A stretch of 64,000 nucleotides of DNA from Nitrospirota bacterium. GTDB lineage: Bacteria > Nitrospirota > UBA9217. The notes under the pieces are model-generated. The model saw only the letters and a program-made list of their open reading frames with translations, had not been told where the DNA came from and did not search any database. Both the position numbers and the translations under genes were made by a program. Below are positions 18,483 to 28,771 of this stretch, in pieces. Position 1 is the stretch's first letter, and every line of letters begins with the position of its first letter. The stretch lies in contig CAVWHO010000008.1 of the NCBI GenBank assembly GCA_963754875.1, positions 32,001 through 96,000 of the forward strand, in the 5' to 3' direction.

Positions 18483-19468
18483 TTATGTGCCATTTTCAAA
18501 AAAGAGATCGGCCCTTTCTCTTGCTTCATCCACACTCGCACTGGACTGGACCCTGGATGCCAGGTGGTGTCCGAATTTATAATTTTGGGCAAAATAATGG
18601 GTGAATTCCTTAAGCCTGCCTAGTCGGTATTCGGGCCGGAAAAGCTCGTTGACGAGATCGATAAAGTTGCCATAAACCAAAGGCAAAGACACCGTCGGTT
18701 CCGCAATAGTGCAGCCGCACACGTCCCGGGCAATTTCCGCAAACAGCCAGGGTTGTATCGCTGCCCCGCGGCCGAGCATCAGACCGTCGGCGCCGGAGAC
18801 GCGCAGACAATCTTCCGCATCCTGGACAGAGAATATCCCGCCATTGGCGACAACGGGAATCGTGATCCATTCCTTTACCTTGGCAATCCACTCCCATCGC
18901 GGCCTTCTGGCAAAGGACTCTTTTTTGAGCCGGGCGTGGACCGAGAGCATATCAATGCCCTCGTCTTCGAGCATGGTGCAGAAGGTCTTTAATTTCTCGT
19001 CGTCGAGTTCGATGCCGAGCCGGATCTTTGCGGTCAGCGGCAGTGCAGTACGCTTTCGCGCCTCGGCCACGATAGAGCGGACATCCTCCGGCCGTTCCAT
19101 CAGCCTGATGCCCGCACCGAACTTGCCGACAGCGGGAGCCGGGCAGCCCATATTCAGATCAATGGCATCGGCCTTCAGCTCATGAAGCACATCTATGGCC
19201 GGGGCCAGCTCTCCGGCTGCGGCAGATCAGGAGCTGATAGGAAAGCGGTTTTTCCGAAGCGGTCCTGATCAGGTACGGGGATACCCGGGGATTTTCCGTG
19301 GGCAGCCTTTTTGCCGCAAGCATTTCCGTTGATAAAAGGCCGACCCCGCCAAAGCCGAACATGATCTGCCGGAGCGCGCTGTGGGTAAGGCCCGCCATCG
19401 GCGCCAGCAGCAGGGGCGGATTGATCTGAAGATTCGCGAATCTGAATTTGTCGGAGAGGTGTTTGCAT
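18483..19468 (-). CDS. tRNA-dihydrouridine synthase (Dus), two apparent frameshifts
   Basis: LAPMAGLT, LSTEM, DLNMGCP, TAKIRLG, SVHAR, VANGGI, MLGRGA spread over three frames; shifts near 19435 and 19220. Confidence 0.85.
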
Positions 19469-19607
19469 TCTGCTGTCAGTAAGTATGTTCAGGCTCTTTC
19501 AAGGTCATCAAGGTCAATGGGTTATGCGGAATTATTGTTTTACGGAACCGTGGTATTTATGCTGCGGTCCCCGCGCCTTGCTGTTCAAATGGATCTTCTC
19601 CACGGTC

Positions 19608-19635
19608 ATGATAACAAACGTATCATATTTGTCAA
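19608..19635 (-). promoter_or_regulatory. Possible sigma70 promoter upstream of dus
   Basis: Minus strand TTGACA-N16-TATCAT. Confidence 0.4.
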
Positions 19636-19971
19636 CAGGTGGCGCTACCTATGAACTGAGCCGGGTGCTCCAGCCAGGATTTGTTCCGATGAGTCGGAAA
19701 AGGCATCGATTTCGCAGGAAGTATAAAAATCTCACAAACTTGAATTTTCAAAAGCGCCAGAATGAAATTGCATGAAAAAGACACCGGAAGCTTGATAAAA
19801 ACACAATAAAGTCCGCAGAGGACAGGGGCCGGCATACCGACGGAGAAGAAGTGTCATAGCAAACAGCTGGCTGAAGCGAAGACACACAGCGACACTGGTA
19901 TTAAATGAGGGGATGACACGCTGCCGCTTTACGGCAAGGCGCCAAGTAAGAGAAAAAAACAAAGAGCAAAA

Positions 19972-20352
19972 CTATTTGGCCTGCTTGCTGTATTGAACAT
20001 TGACTTCATATGCGATGCTGGCGTGCCCCAGGGTATGGTTCGTACCGCGGCAAAAAAGCTTCCCTTTGATGGACTTCTTGCGGGATTTTGCAAGGCCTGC
20101 GACGACGGGGGCCAGATCGAAACCGCCATTCATGCACCCATCCTCCATGCATTTCAGGTGAAAACCGGCATAGTCAGTGGGAGAGAAACTGAGCGTACGA
20201 GTCATTAATACTGCATCCAAACCAATCCTGTAATAAGTCATGCGAAATTCGATGTTCGAAAGCCCTGAATAACGCTCTGACACGAGACCGGTTGCGACCA
20301 GCGCGGCCCGCTCCAGTTCCCGCTTTTCCTTATAACTCTGTCGGTATCGCAT
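19972..20352 (-). CDS. Hypothetical protein (126 aa) downstream of cspA
   Basis: AAGGAG RBS; Cys pattern CMEDGC...C. Confidence 0.7.
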   Translation of the reverse strand: MRYRQSYKEKRELERAALVATGLVSERYSGLSNIEFRMTYYRIGLDAVLMTRTLSFSPTDYAGFHLKCMEDGCMNGGFDLAPVVAGLAKSRKKSIKGKLFCRGTNHTLGHASIAYEVNVQYSKQAK

Positions 20353-20465
20353 GTTTCTCCTTCGGCCTTGTCGTTCAAAAAAAACGAAAGCCGTAACAAC
20401 ACACAGGGAACCTTGGTTTTTTCAGATTGATCGCACTTACGAAGCAACGGGGAAAGCAGCAATGG

Positions 20466-20496
20466 AAAAAACAGGCCCTGAATGATCAGGGCCTGT
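20466..20496 (-). terminator. Intrinsic terminator after cspA
   Basis: ACAGGCCCTGA-TCAT-TCAGGGCCTGT followed by a T-run. Confidence 0.8.
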
Positions 20497-20512
20497 GAAG
20501 GTAAGCGTTCGC

Positions 20513-20713
20513 TTAGAGTTTTACAACATTGGCTGCCTTGGGGCCTTTGGGTGAGTCGACAACGTCGAACTGCACTGACTGGCCTTCAGCCAACGACTTG
20601 AAGCCGCTGTCCTGAATGTCGCCAAAATGAACGAACACATCGCCGCCCTTTTCACGGGTAATGAATCCAAAGCCTTTGGAATCATTGAACCACTTTACTG
20701 TACCTGTCTCCAT
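20513..20713 (-). CDS. cspA: Cold-shock protein
   Basis: [28 protein letters not shown]. Confidence 0.97.
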   Translation of the reverse strand: METGTVKWFNDSKGFGFITREKGGDVFVHFGDIQDSGFKSLAEGQSVQFDVVDSPKGPKAANVVKL

Positions 20714-20822
20714 GATGAGCTACCTCCTTCTTGTGAATTGAAGCGACGGAAAGGACAAAAAAATACCGCAAAGTCTATCTGTCTTTGCGGTTTCCCTACA
20801 AGAACATCCGGAACTTCTGGTG

Positions 20823-20854
20823 ATTATAATGCCACTTCTCCACCTGAATGTCAA
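20823..20854 (-). promoter_or_regulatory. cspA promoter with a ~100-nt leader
   Basis: TTGACA-N17-CATTAT with extended TG; leader hairpin ACCGCAAAG...CTTTGCGGT at ~20765-20791. Confidence 0.55.
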
Positions 20855-20970
20855 GGGTTATTAATTATATATTGTTCATGAAGAAGTTATGGATGCGGCC
20901 AAGCTTTTCCTCGCCACCGACTCGTCCAGCAGGTGGGTGTTATTCAAGCGAATAGCCATGACGGTGATAG

Positions 20971-21294
20971 TTACTCGACACCAATTACATAATTGTAGGT
21001 GCCGAAAGGATTTGAGACCTTTTCGGTGTCGGGGATATCTTGAGCCCATACTCCGTCCATGAAATACTTGAATTCATGCCTTCCAGGAGGAAGTTTGACC
21101 TTTATTCGCCACGTCCCATCTTTGCCCTTTTTCATCGGCATTGACGACGTATTCCAGTTGTTGAATTTGCCGGCGATGCAGACTTTCTTGGCATCCGGGG
21201 CACGAAACGTAAATTCAATTTCATGCATCGTGCCCGCAGACTGTGCCCTGCCCACGGACTCTTTCATCTTCTTTATGACCTCAAGCGCTGACAT
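20971..21294 (-). CDS. Glycogen-binding (CBM48 / isoamylase early set) domain protein
   Basis: FRAPDAKKVCIAGKFNNW, DGTW, HEFKYFMDGVW, NPFGTYN. Confidence 0.88.
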   Translation of the reverse strand: MSALEVIKKMKESVGRAQSAGTMHEIEFTFRAPDAKKVCIAGKFNNWNTSSMPMKKGKDGTWRIKVKLPPGRHEFKYFMDGVWAQDIPDTEKVSNPFGTYNYVIGVE

Positions 21295-21312
21295 ACGCGT
21301 AACCTCCTTGTA

Positions 21313-21336
21313 GGTGGTGGTGGTGGTGGTGGTGGT
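21313..21336. repeat. (GGT)8 / (ACC)8 simple sequence repeat
   Basis: Eight perfect copies just upstream of the CBM48 gene's SD. Confidence 0.9.
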
Positions 21337-21723
21337 TATTATTCCCGCTGCACGTGTCCGGATGCATGCGGATATAAGTATAATAGCATAATCCAGGAGA
21401 AATATTGTCGCAGGGCTCGTGTCTTCGTTTTTGCGATTTTTTTTCTATATTCTCTCATGGATGAATGTATTTATAAACATCTTTCTGTATTTTCCGCCAC
21501 CATCCTGTAGTCTTTCCTGATCGAGCAACTGGGATCGTCCTGACTGCATCAAAGCCAGATCAAACATTACCGTAATTTGTTGAACCGGAGAAGCACGTGC
21601 AGCACGAAGTTGATTTGGCGAGCCAGGGTCAAAGGGATTGAGAGACATTCTTTCCCAGACACCGAATTCCAATTCTCCCCTGGGTCGCATCCGTAATTTA
21701 TCCTGCATCAGTAAAACATTCGG

Positions 21724-21798
21724 TTGACAATGACCATGAAATGAATAGAATATTCCAAGATAGAACGGGTTGGCCTCAAGGTCAGCCCTTCTTTTTTT
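21724..21798 (+). promoter_or_regulatory. Promoter followed by a terminator-like leader hairpin
   Basis: TTGACA-N16-TAGAAT, then GGGTTGGCC-TCAA-GGTCAGCCC-TTCTTTTTTT before the peptidase RBS. Confidence 0.5.
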
Positions 21799-21821
21799 GC
21801 CTCACATCACGGAGGATCCGT

Positions 21822-23219
21822 ATGGACAGCAAGAGACTCAATGCTGCGTTGCAACACTTTGCCGCTCACAAAGGTGCATTCGTGGACGATCTGAAAGACC
21901 TTATCCGCATCCCAAGCATCAGTTTTCCTGGTTTCGATCAAAAGCCGGTGAGGCGCTGTGCCGAGGCCGTGGCTGATCATTTAAAAACCGTCGGGCTCAA
22001 GGATGTTCGCATGCTGGAAGCGGGCATCGGCAATCCGTCGGTGTTCGCGCAAAGGGCCGACGCACCGGGTAAACCGACGGTCCTGTTGTATGCCCATTAC
22101 GATGTTCAACCGATCGGCCGGGAAGAACTCTGGACCACACCTCCATTCGAACCTTCGGAACGGAACGGGAGGCTCTATGGCCGGGGATCTGCAGATGACA
22201 AGGGCGGCGTGGCAATGTATCTCGCGGCACTCGGCTCTTTTCTGCAAACGAGCGGCGCCCTGCCGGTCAATGTCAAGGTTCTGATCGAAGGCGAGGAGGA
22301 GGTCGGGTCCTCGAACCTGTACGCCATTCTCGACAAAAACCGGGCACTACTGGCCGCTGATGCGGTGGTGATCGCCGACAGCGAGAACTTCGACAGCGGC
22401 GTCCCGACGCTGACGGCATCGCTGCGGGGCATTGTAACGGTCAACGTTGAAGTTCGATCACTCGCATCGAGCGTGCACTCGGGCACGTGGGGCGGCCCCC
22501 TGCCCGATCCCGTGATTGCCCTCGCCCGTATGATTGCGAGCCTCGTGGACGATGCAGGCAGACCTGTCGTCCCCGGTCTCCTGGACAAAGTACGACCGTT
22601 ATCTTCAACGGACAAGGCAAACCTCGACACTCTCCCGTTCAATGCAGCATTGTACCGAAAACAATCGAAACTGCTGGAAGGGGCAAAGATTATCGGCGGA
22701 GAAGGTTCTGTTTATGAAAAGATGTGGTACCGGCCTTCGATCGCTGTCAATGCGATTGAGGCAAGCAGCCGTAAACAGGCTGCGAATATCATCAACGACG
22801 TGGCATGGGCGCGCATCGGCATCCGCATCGTGCCAGATATGGACCCGGAACGAACACTGGATTTATTCACCGACTATCTGAAAAAGCAGGCACCGTGGGG
22901 AGTGCAGGTGACTGTGCAACCGGAGTCGCCATCACCGTGGTGGAAAACCGACACGGACGGCCCTGTATTCGAAGCCGCGCTGCGCGCTCTCGAAAAAGGA
23001 TATGGAAGGAAGCCCGTGGTAGCCGGTGCAGGAGGGTCGATCCCCTTCGTGCAGACGATTACCGAAGCGCTCGGCAATGTACCGGCCCTGCTCTTCGGCG
23101 TCGGCGACCCTTTTACGGCTGCACACTCGGAAAATGAAAGTCTCCTGATCTCGGACTGGGATAAAGGCTGCGGCAGCATCATAAACCTGTTAGCCGGTCT
23201 GAGCGAACTGAACGGTTGA
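21822..23219 (+). CDS. M20/M25/M40 metallopeptidase (dipeptidase-like)
   Basis: LLYAHYDVQP, GRGSADDKG, EGEEEVGS, HSG, GGSIPF, AHSENE; GGAGG RBS. Confidence 0.92.
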   Translation: MDSKRLNAALQHFAAHKGAFVDDLKDLIRIPSISFPGFDQKPVRRCAEAVADHLKTVGLKDVRMLEAGIGNPSVFAQRADAPGKPTVLLYAHYDVQPIGREELWTTPPFEPSERNGRLYGRGSADDKGGVAMYLAALGSFLQTSGALPVNVKVLIEGEEEVGSSNLYAILDKNRALLAADAVVIADSENFDSGVPTLTASLRGIVTVNVEVRSLASSVHSGTWGGPLPDPVIALARMIASLVDDAGRPVVPGLLDKVRPLSSTDKANLDTLPFNAALYRKQSKLLEGAKIIGGEGSVYEKMWYRPSIAVNAIEASSRKQAANIINDVAWARIGIRIVPDMDPERTLDLFTDYLKKQAPWGVQVTVQPESPSPWWKTDTDGPVFEAALRALEKGYGRKPVVAGAGGSIPFVQTITEALGNVPALLFGVGDPFTAAHSENESLLISDWDKGCGSIINLLAGLSELNG

Positions 23220-23275
23220 CAAGCGTGTCGCTCCATGGTTTAATGAGAAAAATCTCGCTCGGAAGGAAGTCGTCG

Positions 23276-23998
23276 ATGTCCGAAAAAAAACAAGTTCTCA
23301 TTATTTGCCGAACAGCCGCTGGCCAGATGTACCTCGGCGTTCTCCTGAACCGGATCTGGTATTCCCCTGTTCTTGCAAAAACGCCAGAAGAAGGACTTCA
23401 CCTCGCACAGAACACCCCATTCACTATGATTCTCCTCGATGGCGACTTTGCGGCGGCCGAACTCCAACCGGCTATCACTCTTTTGAGGACCGACTCCTCG
23501 GTCAAGAACGTGCCGCTTGTTGTATTCTTGACGAACGACAACCCGGCCACGACCGAGACCCTGCTTTCACTGGGATGCTCGGCCATCCTGACAAAACCGC
23601 TTGACCTTGCGATGGTATATGGGATACTGGCACGGTTGAGCGGCCAGCCGAGAACTACTCCCCGCATACCGGTCAAATTGCGCGTAGAGATTGAGGAAGG
23701 GAAGCCGGAAAAGGCATTGACCTGCATTAACCTGTCGGAGGGGGGATTATATCTTCGAACGCTGGAACCGCTGCCGGGAGGCACGGTTCTTCATATTAAG
23801 TTCACGCTGCCCCATGATACCATGCCCATTAAAGTGGCCGCTGAGGTTGTCCGGTCGTTGAGTCTGGGTGCCCAGTTTGAAACTGAGCCCGGCATAGGCC
23901 TCCACTTCATCGACATGCCCGAAGACACGCTGCTCCGTATCAGAAACTATGTCCAGTGGGAAATGCTCGGCGACCTGGATTGGAAGTCGAATATTTAA
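23276..23998 (+). CDS. Receiver-like domain + PilZ domain protein
   Basis: REC-like ILLD...LTKP; PilZ RTTPR and NLSEGGLY. Confidence 0.8.
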   Translation: MSEKKQVLIICRTAAGQMYLGVLLNRIWYSPVLAKTPEEGLHLAQNTPFTMILLDGDFAAAELQPAITLLRTDSSVKNVPLVVFLTNDNPATTETLLSLGCSAILTKPLDLAMVYGILARLSGQPRTTPRIPVKLRVEIEEGKPEKALTCINLSEGGLYLRTLEPLPGGTVLHIKFTLPHDTMPIKVAAEVVRSLSLGAQFETEPGIGLHFIDMPEDTLLRIRNYVQWEMLGDLDWKSNI

Positions 23999-24225
23999 AA
24001 ATATCTGTCACGGGGAAGGAGAAGAGACGAAAAAAAATGTGGACTTCCCCGCTGCCCGAATCCTTTCGCCGAGTTGTATAATTAAACATGACTTTGCAAT
24101 GGCTTTTGAGCTTTCACGACTGTATCAGTATTTTTCGTTCTGTCCCTTACCTCAGATGAGACGCGCCCCTCCCAGTAAACAGCCAATATTGACTCAGGCG
24201 ATGACCGGTCAAAGGTGAATGAGCG

Positions 24226-24921
24226 TTATAGCTGTGAGACGGATTTTGCGTCGACCATCACCGGTATCTTCTTCTCGATTTCTCTCAACGTCGCCGTAAG
24301 CGCATCACGCTGCTTCTCCGCAAGATAGGTCTGCTTGAAGCTGTCAAGGTTCTTTTCAAAATCACCGGTTTTTGCCTTGGGATTTTGCTGCTTATAGGCA
24401 ACAGCCAGTTCGGCGTCCGTGATCGCGACCCCGTCCCGTATAAGATCTTCCATTTTCTGCCGCAGGAGCACCTCGCGCTGGCTCGATTCAAAGGCGGCAG
24501 GAGTCATATTGACGCGGTCGAGAATCCGGTCATAGACTCTCTTGTCAAATTTGCCATTAACGGAAAAAGCAGGCATTTTAATGATGGAGGCCTGGAGTTC
24601 TTCATCACTCACCTGCAGCCCGATTCGCTCTGCTTCCGAGATCAGGAGCCGGTTCACAATCAATTCTTGCAGGGCCTGGGATTTAAGTCTCTTTGCAAAT
24701 TGGTCGTTGAACTGGTCTTTTAACAATTCTTTATAGTTGTCATATAAATTTCGATAAGCCCGATTGACTTCATCCGTCGTGATCACCGTATTTCCGACCT
24801 TGGCCGCCCTCGTGCCTCCGATGTTCGACGGATACATTCCGAAGAAAAGAAAGGTCACGGTGATGAGGCCAACAATGACCCACATCAACCAGCCCATGTG
24901 CTTCCGTATTTGTTCGAGCAT
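24226..24921 (-). CDS. SurA N-terminal domain (PpiD-like) chaperone
   Basis: MLEQIRK + TM, AKVG, LLISEAERIGLQVSDEEL, F..NGKFD. Confidence 0.82.
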   Translation of the reverse strand: MLEQIRKHMGWLMWVIVGLITVTFLFFGMYPSNIGGTRAAKVGNTVITTDEVNRAYRNLYDNYKELLKDQFNDQFAKRLKSQALQELIVNRLLISEAERIGLQVSDEELQASIIKMPAFSVNGKFDKRVYDRILDRVNMTPAAFESSQREVLLRQKMEDLIRDGVAITDAELAVAYKQQNPKAKTGDFEKNLDSFKQTYLAEKQRDALTATLREIEKKIPVMVDAKSVSQL

Positions 24922-24971
24922 GTAAAAATCCCCCCTACTTTTTTTAAATTATATTTTCAGTTTTTTCTTCA

Positions 24972-26402
24972 TTATTCCGAAAGTTTCTTTTTAAGCAGCT
25001 GGTTTACCAAGTCCGGGTTCGCCTTGCCCTTGCTCGCCTTCATCACCTGTCCCACGAAGAACCCGAAAAGCTTCTCTTTTCCTGCCCGGTAATCAGCCGC
25101 TTGGCCCGGATTGGCCTTGATCACGTCGTCAATGATCTGCTCGATAGCACCCGAATCCGAGACTTGGACAAGCCCCTTCTCTTTTACCACTGTTTCTGCG
25201 TCCTTGCCCGACCCATACATTTCCTCGAATACGGTCTTGGCAATCTTGGTGCTGATCACGCCGTCGCTGATCATCTTGATCATTCCCGCCAGTTTGTCCG
25301 GCTTGATTGGGCATGCCTCGATTTCCTTGCCGTCTGCATTGAGCAGACGCATCAGTTCGCCCATCATCCAGTTCGAAACCACTTTTGGCTGGCCCGAAAG
25401 TTTGACCGCTTCTTCGAAGTAGGACGCCATGGCCCTGCTCTGCGTCAGCATGTCCGCATCGTATTCAGGGAGTCCGTAATCCTTCACGAACCGACCGCGC
25501 TTGGCGTCCGGAAGCTCAGGTATGGTCGCGGCAATGCTCTCAATGGTTTCCTTTGACACGACGATCGGGACCAGATCAGGCTCAGGAAAATACCGGTAGT
25601 CATGGGCCTCCTCCTTGCTGCGCATTGAGAAGGTGACGCCTTTGGTCGAGTCGAAGAGACGCGTTTCCTGTACGACCTTGCCGCCCTCATCGAGGACCTG
25701 GGCCTGGCGCTTGATTTCATATTCGAGCGCCTTCTGGACGAACTTGAAGGAGTTCACGTTCTTGACTTCCGCCCTGGTGCCGAATTCCTTGGATCCCACG
25801 GGCCGGATAGAAACATTGGCGTCGCAGCGGAAGTTCCCCTTCTCCATGTCCGCGTCCGATACCTCGATATAGCGCAGGATGGAGCGGAGTTTCTTGAGAT
25901 ACTCCGATGCCTCCTCCGCCGTACGGATGTCCGGTTCGGACACGATCTCCATGAGCGGCGTACCGGCGCGGTTCAAGTCCACGAGGCTCGCACCGCTCTC
26001 TGACTGATGCAGGTTCTTGCCTGCGTCTTCTTCGAGATGAATGCGAGTAATGCCGATGCGCTTGATCTTACCGTCGACAACGATTTCCACATATCCGTGC
26101 TCACACACGGGAAGTTCATACTGAGATATCTGGTAACCTTTGGGAAGATCGGGATAGAAATAATTCTTGCGGGCGAACCTGCTGTAGGGGCTGACCGAAC
26201 AGTGCGTGGAAAGTCCGGTCTTGACGATAAATTCCACCGCCTTTTTATTCAGCACCGGCAGTACACCGGGCATGCCGATGCAGACCGGGCAGGTCCTTGT
26301 GTTCGGTTCTTCCCCGAACCGCGTCTCGCACCCGCAGAAGATTTTGGTATTGGTCTGAAGCTGGGCATGCACCTCAAGCCCGATGACTGCCTCGTATTTC
26401 AT
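24972..26402 (-). CDS. gatB: Asp/Glu-tRNA amidotransferase subunit B
   Basis: [44 protein letters not shown]. Confidence 0.98.
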   Translation of the reverse strand: MKYEAVIGLEVHAQLQTNTKIFCGCETRFGEEPNTRTCPVCIGMPGVLPVLNKKAVEFIVKTGLSTHCSVSPYSRFARKNYFYPDLPKGYQISQYELPVCEHGYVEIVVDGKIKRIGITRIHLEEDAGKNLHQSESGASLVDLNRAGTPLMEIVSEPDIRTAEEASEYLKKLRSILRYIEVSDADMEKGNFRCDANVSIRPVGSKEFGTRAEVKNVNSFKFVQKALEYEIKRQAQVLDEGGKVVQETRLFDSTKGVTFSMRSKEEAHDYRYFPEPDLVPIVVSKETIESIAATIPELPDAKRGRFVKDYGLPEYDADMLTQSRAMASYFEEAVKLSGQPKVVSNWMMGELMRLLNADGKEIEACPIKPDKLAGMIKMISDGVISTKIAKTVFEEMYGSGKDAETVVKEKGLVQVSDSGAIEQIIDDVIKANPGQAADYRAGKEKLFGFFVGQVMKASKGKANPDLVNQLLKKKLSE

Positions 26403-26424
26403 GGCTGTTTTCCCTCTTCGTATT

Positions 26425-26483
26425 TTTGGACCAAGGCAACCGCGTTGCCGTGATTCACGCCATCGCGGATGGCTCGCTCCACA
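26425..26483. repeat. REP-like double-hairpin element, copy 1 (gatA-gatB spacer)
   Basis: TTTGGACCAA-GGCAAC CGC GTTGCC ... GCCATC GCG GATGGC-TCGCTCCA; homologous to 28312-28399. Confidence 0.7.
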
Positions 26484-27942
26484 TTACAGCTTTGCCCTTT
26501 TCTTATGCCATTCCGTAGCCTGCTCGTAAGCAAAGGCCGCATGCAGGATGGACTCCTCGTCAAAGTGTTTCCCGAGAAGCTGGAGTCCGATCGGCAAATT
26601 CCCCGATGTGAACCCGCAGGGGACCGAGATCCCCGGAATTCCGGCAAGGTTCACGCTGATCGTAAAGATGTCGGACAGATACATCTGGAGCGGATCAGAC
26701 GACTTCTCGCCAATCTTGAACGCCGCGGTCGGCGCCGTGGGCGTAGCGATTACGTCTACAGTCTTAAAGGCCTCGTCGAAATCACGCTTGATCAACGTCC
26801 GGACCTGCTGTCCCTTTTTGTAATAGGCGTCGTAGTACCCGGCCGAAAGCGCATACGTGCCGAGCATGATCCTGCGTTTCACCTCGGGTCCGAATCCCTG
26901 GGCGCGCGTCTTCATATACATGTCCATCAGGTCCTTCGGCGCCCCGGCCCGTAACCCGTATTTTACGCCGTCGTAGCGCGCGAGGTTTGAACTTGCCTCG
27001 GAGGTCGCGAGGATATAGTAGGTCGCCACGGCAAAGTCCGTGTGGGGGAGCGAGACTTCGACGACCCTGGCGCCAAGCCCTTCAAGCGTTTTTACCGCGT
27101 CTTTGATAGCCTTCTCCACCTCATGGTCCATGCCTTCGATAAAGTACTCTTTCGGCAGGCCGATCTTCATCCCTTTGACATCTTTCCTGAGCGCTTTGGT
27201 AAAATCAGGGGCCGGGATATTCGCGGACGTTGAGTCCTTGTCATCGTGGCCCGAAATGACATTCAGGAGGAGCGCGGCGTCGGCAACGTCTTTTGTGATC
27301 GGGCCGATCTGGTCGAGCGACGAAGCAAATGCCACAAGCCCGAAGCGGGAGACCCTGCCATACGTCGGTTTGAGACCGACAACACCGCAGCATGAGGCGG
27401 GCTGACGGATCGATCCGCCCGTGTCCGAACCGAGTGAGCCGATGCATTCTCCCGCTGCGACCGCTGCTGCCGAGCCGCCGCTCGATCCTCCGGGGATCCG
27501 TTCGAGGTCCCAGGGATTTTTCGTGATGAAGAATCCCGAGTTCTCCGTCGAGGACCCCATGGCGAATTCGTCCATGTTCGGCTTGCCACACAGCACGTAG
27601 CCTGCCCGTTTAAGGTTACGGACAACGGTCGCATCATAAGGCGGCACGAAATTGCCGAGTATCTTCGATGCACAGGTGGTCCTGATGCCGTCGGTGCACA
27701 TGTTGTCCTTTACCGCGATCGGAATGCCGAGCAGCCGCGACGTGTCTCCGGCCTTGATCCGTTTGTCCGCTTCCCGGGCCTGCGCGCGTGCGATCTCTTC
27801 GGTGACCGTTATGTAGGCCTTGACCTTGCCGTCCACGGCCTTGATCCTGCCGAGGACCGACTCGGTAATCGCCTCGTGACGTGGTCTCGCCTTTTTTCAG
27901 CATGTCATGCAGTTCATGAATCGTCAGCTGACAGAGCTCCAT
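26484..27942 (-). CDS. gatA: Asp/Glu-tRNA amidotransferase subunit A (apparent frameshift near 27870)
   Basis: [12 protein letters not shown] start; amidase signature [23 protein letters not shown]. Confidence 0.95.
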
Positions 27943-28295
27943 TATTTCTCCTTCACCCGGTTGTTTTCATCAACGAGCACGATCCTGGGTTTAAAACTCT
28001 TGAGTTCCTCTTCGTTGAAGTACTCGTAGCAGAAGACGATGACTTTGTCTCCTTTCAACCCTTTTCTGGCTGTAGGACCGTTCAGCACCATTTCTCCGGC
28101 GCCGCGCTTGCCCGGGATAACATAGGTCTCGAACCGCTCCCCGTTGTTCAGGTTGGAGACGCTCACCTGTTCATAGGGAAGAATGCTCGCTGCCTCGAGG
28201 AGCAAGGGATCGACGGTCAGGCTCCCCTCATATTCAAGATTGGAATCCGTCACGGTCGCCCGGTGGATTTTTGATCGAAGCATTAATCTAAACAT
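27942..28295 (-). CDS. panD: Aspartate 1-decarboxylase
   Basis: [17 protein letters not shown] self-cleavage site, NGERFETY. Confidence 0.96.
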   Translation of the reverse strand: MFRLMLRSKIHRATVTDSNLEYEGSLTVDPLLLEAASILPYEQVSVSNLNNGERFETYVIPGKRGAGEMVLNGPTARKGLKGDKVIVFCYEYFNEEELKSFKPRIVLVDENNRVKEK

Positions 28296-28311
28296 GGTGT
28301 TTATCCTTCCA

Positions 28312-28399
28312 TTTGGACCAAGGCGACCATGTCGCCGTTCCCTTGTTTGAGCAGATTATGAACTCGCCGTTTACGCCGACGCGGTCAGCTCGATCCATA
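28312..28399. repeat. REP-like double-hairpin element, copy 2 (gatC-panD spacer)
   Basis: TTTGGACCAA-GGCGAC CAT GTCGCC ... GCCGAC GCG GTCAGC-TCGATCCA. Confidence 0.7.
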
Positions 28400-28400
28400 T

Positions 28401-28688
28401 CTATTCAATAATCTTCGGCACCTTGTAATGCCCCGCGGCCTTGTCCGGCGCATTGCCGAGCGCCTTCTCCTGGGTCAGGCTCTCCGCCGGCACATCGTCG
28501 CGCATGACGTTGTTGATGTCCAGGACATGGGACGTCGGCTCGACGCCGTTCGTGTCCAGCTCACTCATTTTTTCGACATAGGTGAGAATGTTCGAAAGCT
28601 GGTCCGTAAGCTTTTCCTTCTCCTGCTCCGACAGCTCCAGCCTCGCAAGCTTGGCCACATGTTCGACTTCCTTTTTCGTAATTTTCAT
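28401..28688 (-). CDS. gatC: Asp/Glu-tRNA amidotransferase subunit C
   Basis: ITKKEVEHVAKLARL, DTNGVEPTSH, NAP, YKVPKII. Confidence 0.96.
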   Translation of the reverse strand: MKITKKEVEHVAKLARLELSEQEKEKLTDQLSNILTYVEKMSELDTNGVEPTSHVLDINNVMRDDVPAESLTQEKALGNAPDKAAGHYKVPKIIE

Positions 28689-28771
28689 GATGAAGACCTC
28701 ATTTTGCCACGAAGGCACGGAGACACTAAGTTAAATCCTGAATCCTGGATCTTTCACTCTGTGGTTAGGCA

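Noticed and set aside
19640..19960. Possible riboswitch or ncRNA in a long intergenic region
   Set aside because: I could not match any recognised aptamer consensus by eye; an Rfam search is needed.
21445..21708. 87-aa ORF
   Set aside because: No RBS or recognisable motif; cannot be supported.
26484..27942. gatA, pstS, pstC, ilvB and cas3 as true pseudogenes or programmed frameshifts
   Set aside because: Each has an isolated indel in an otherwise intact gene with no obvious slippery site; assembly error is more parsimonious.
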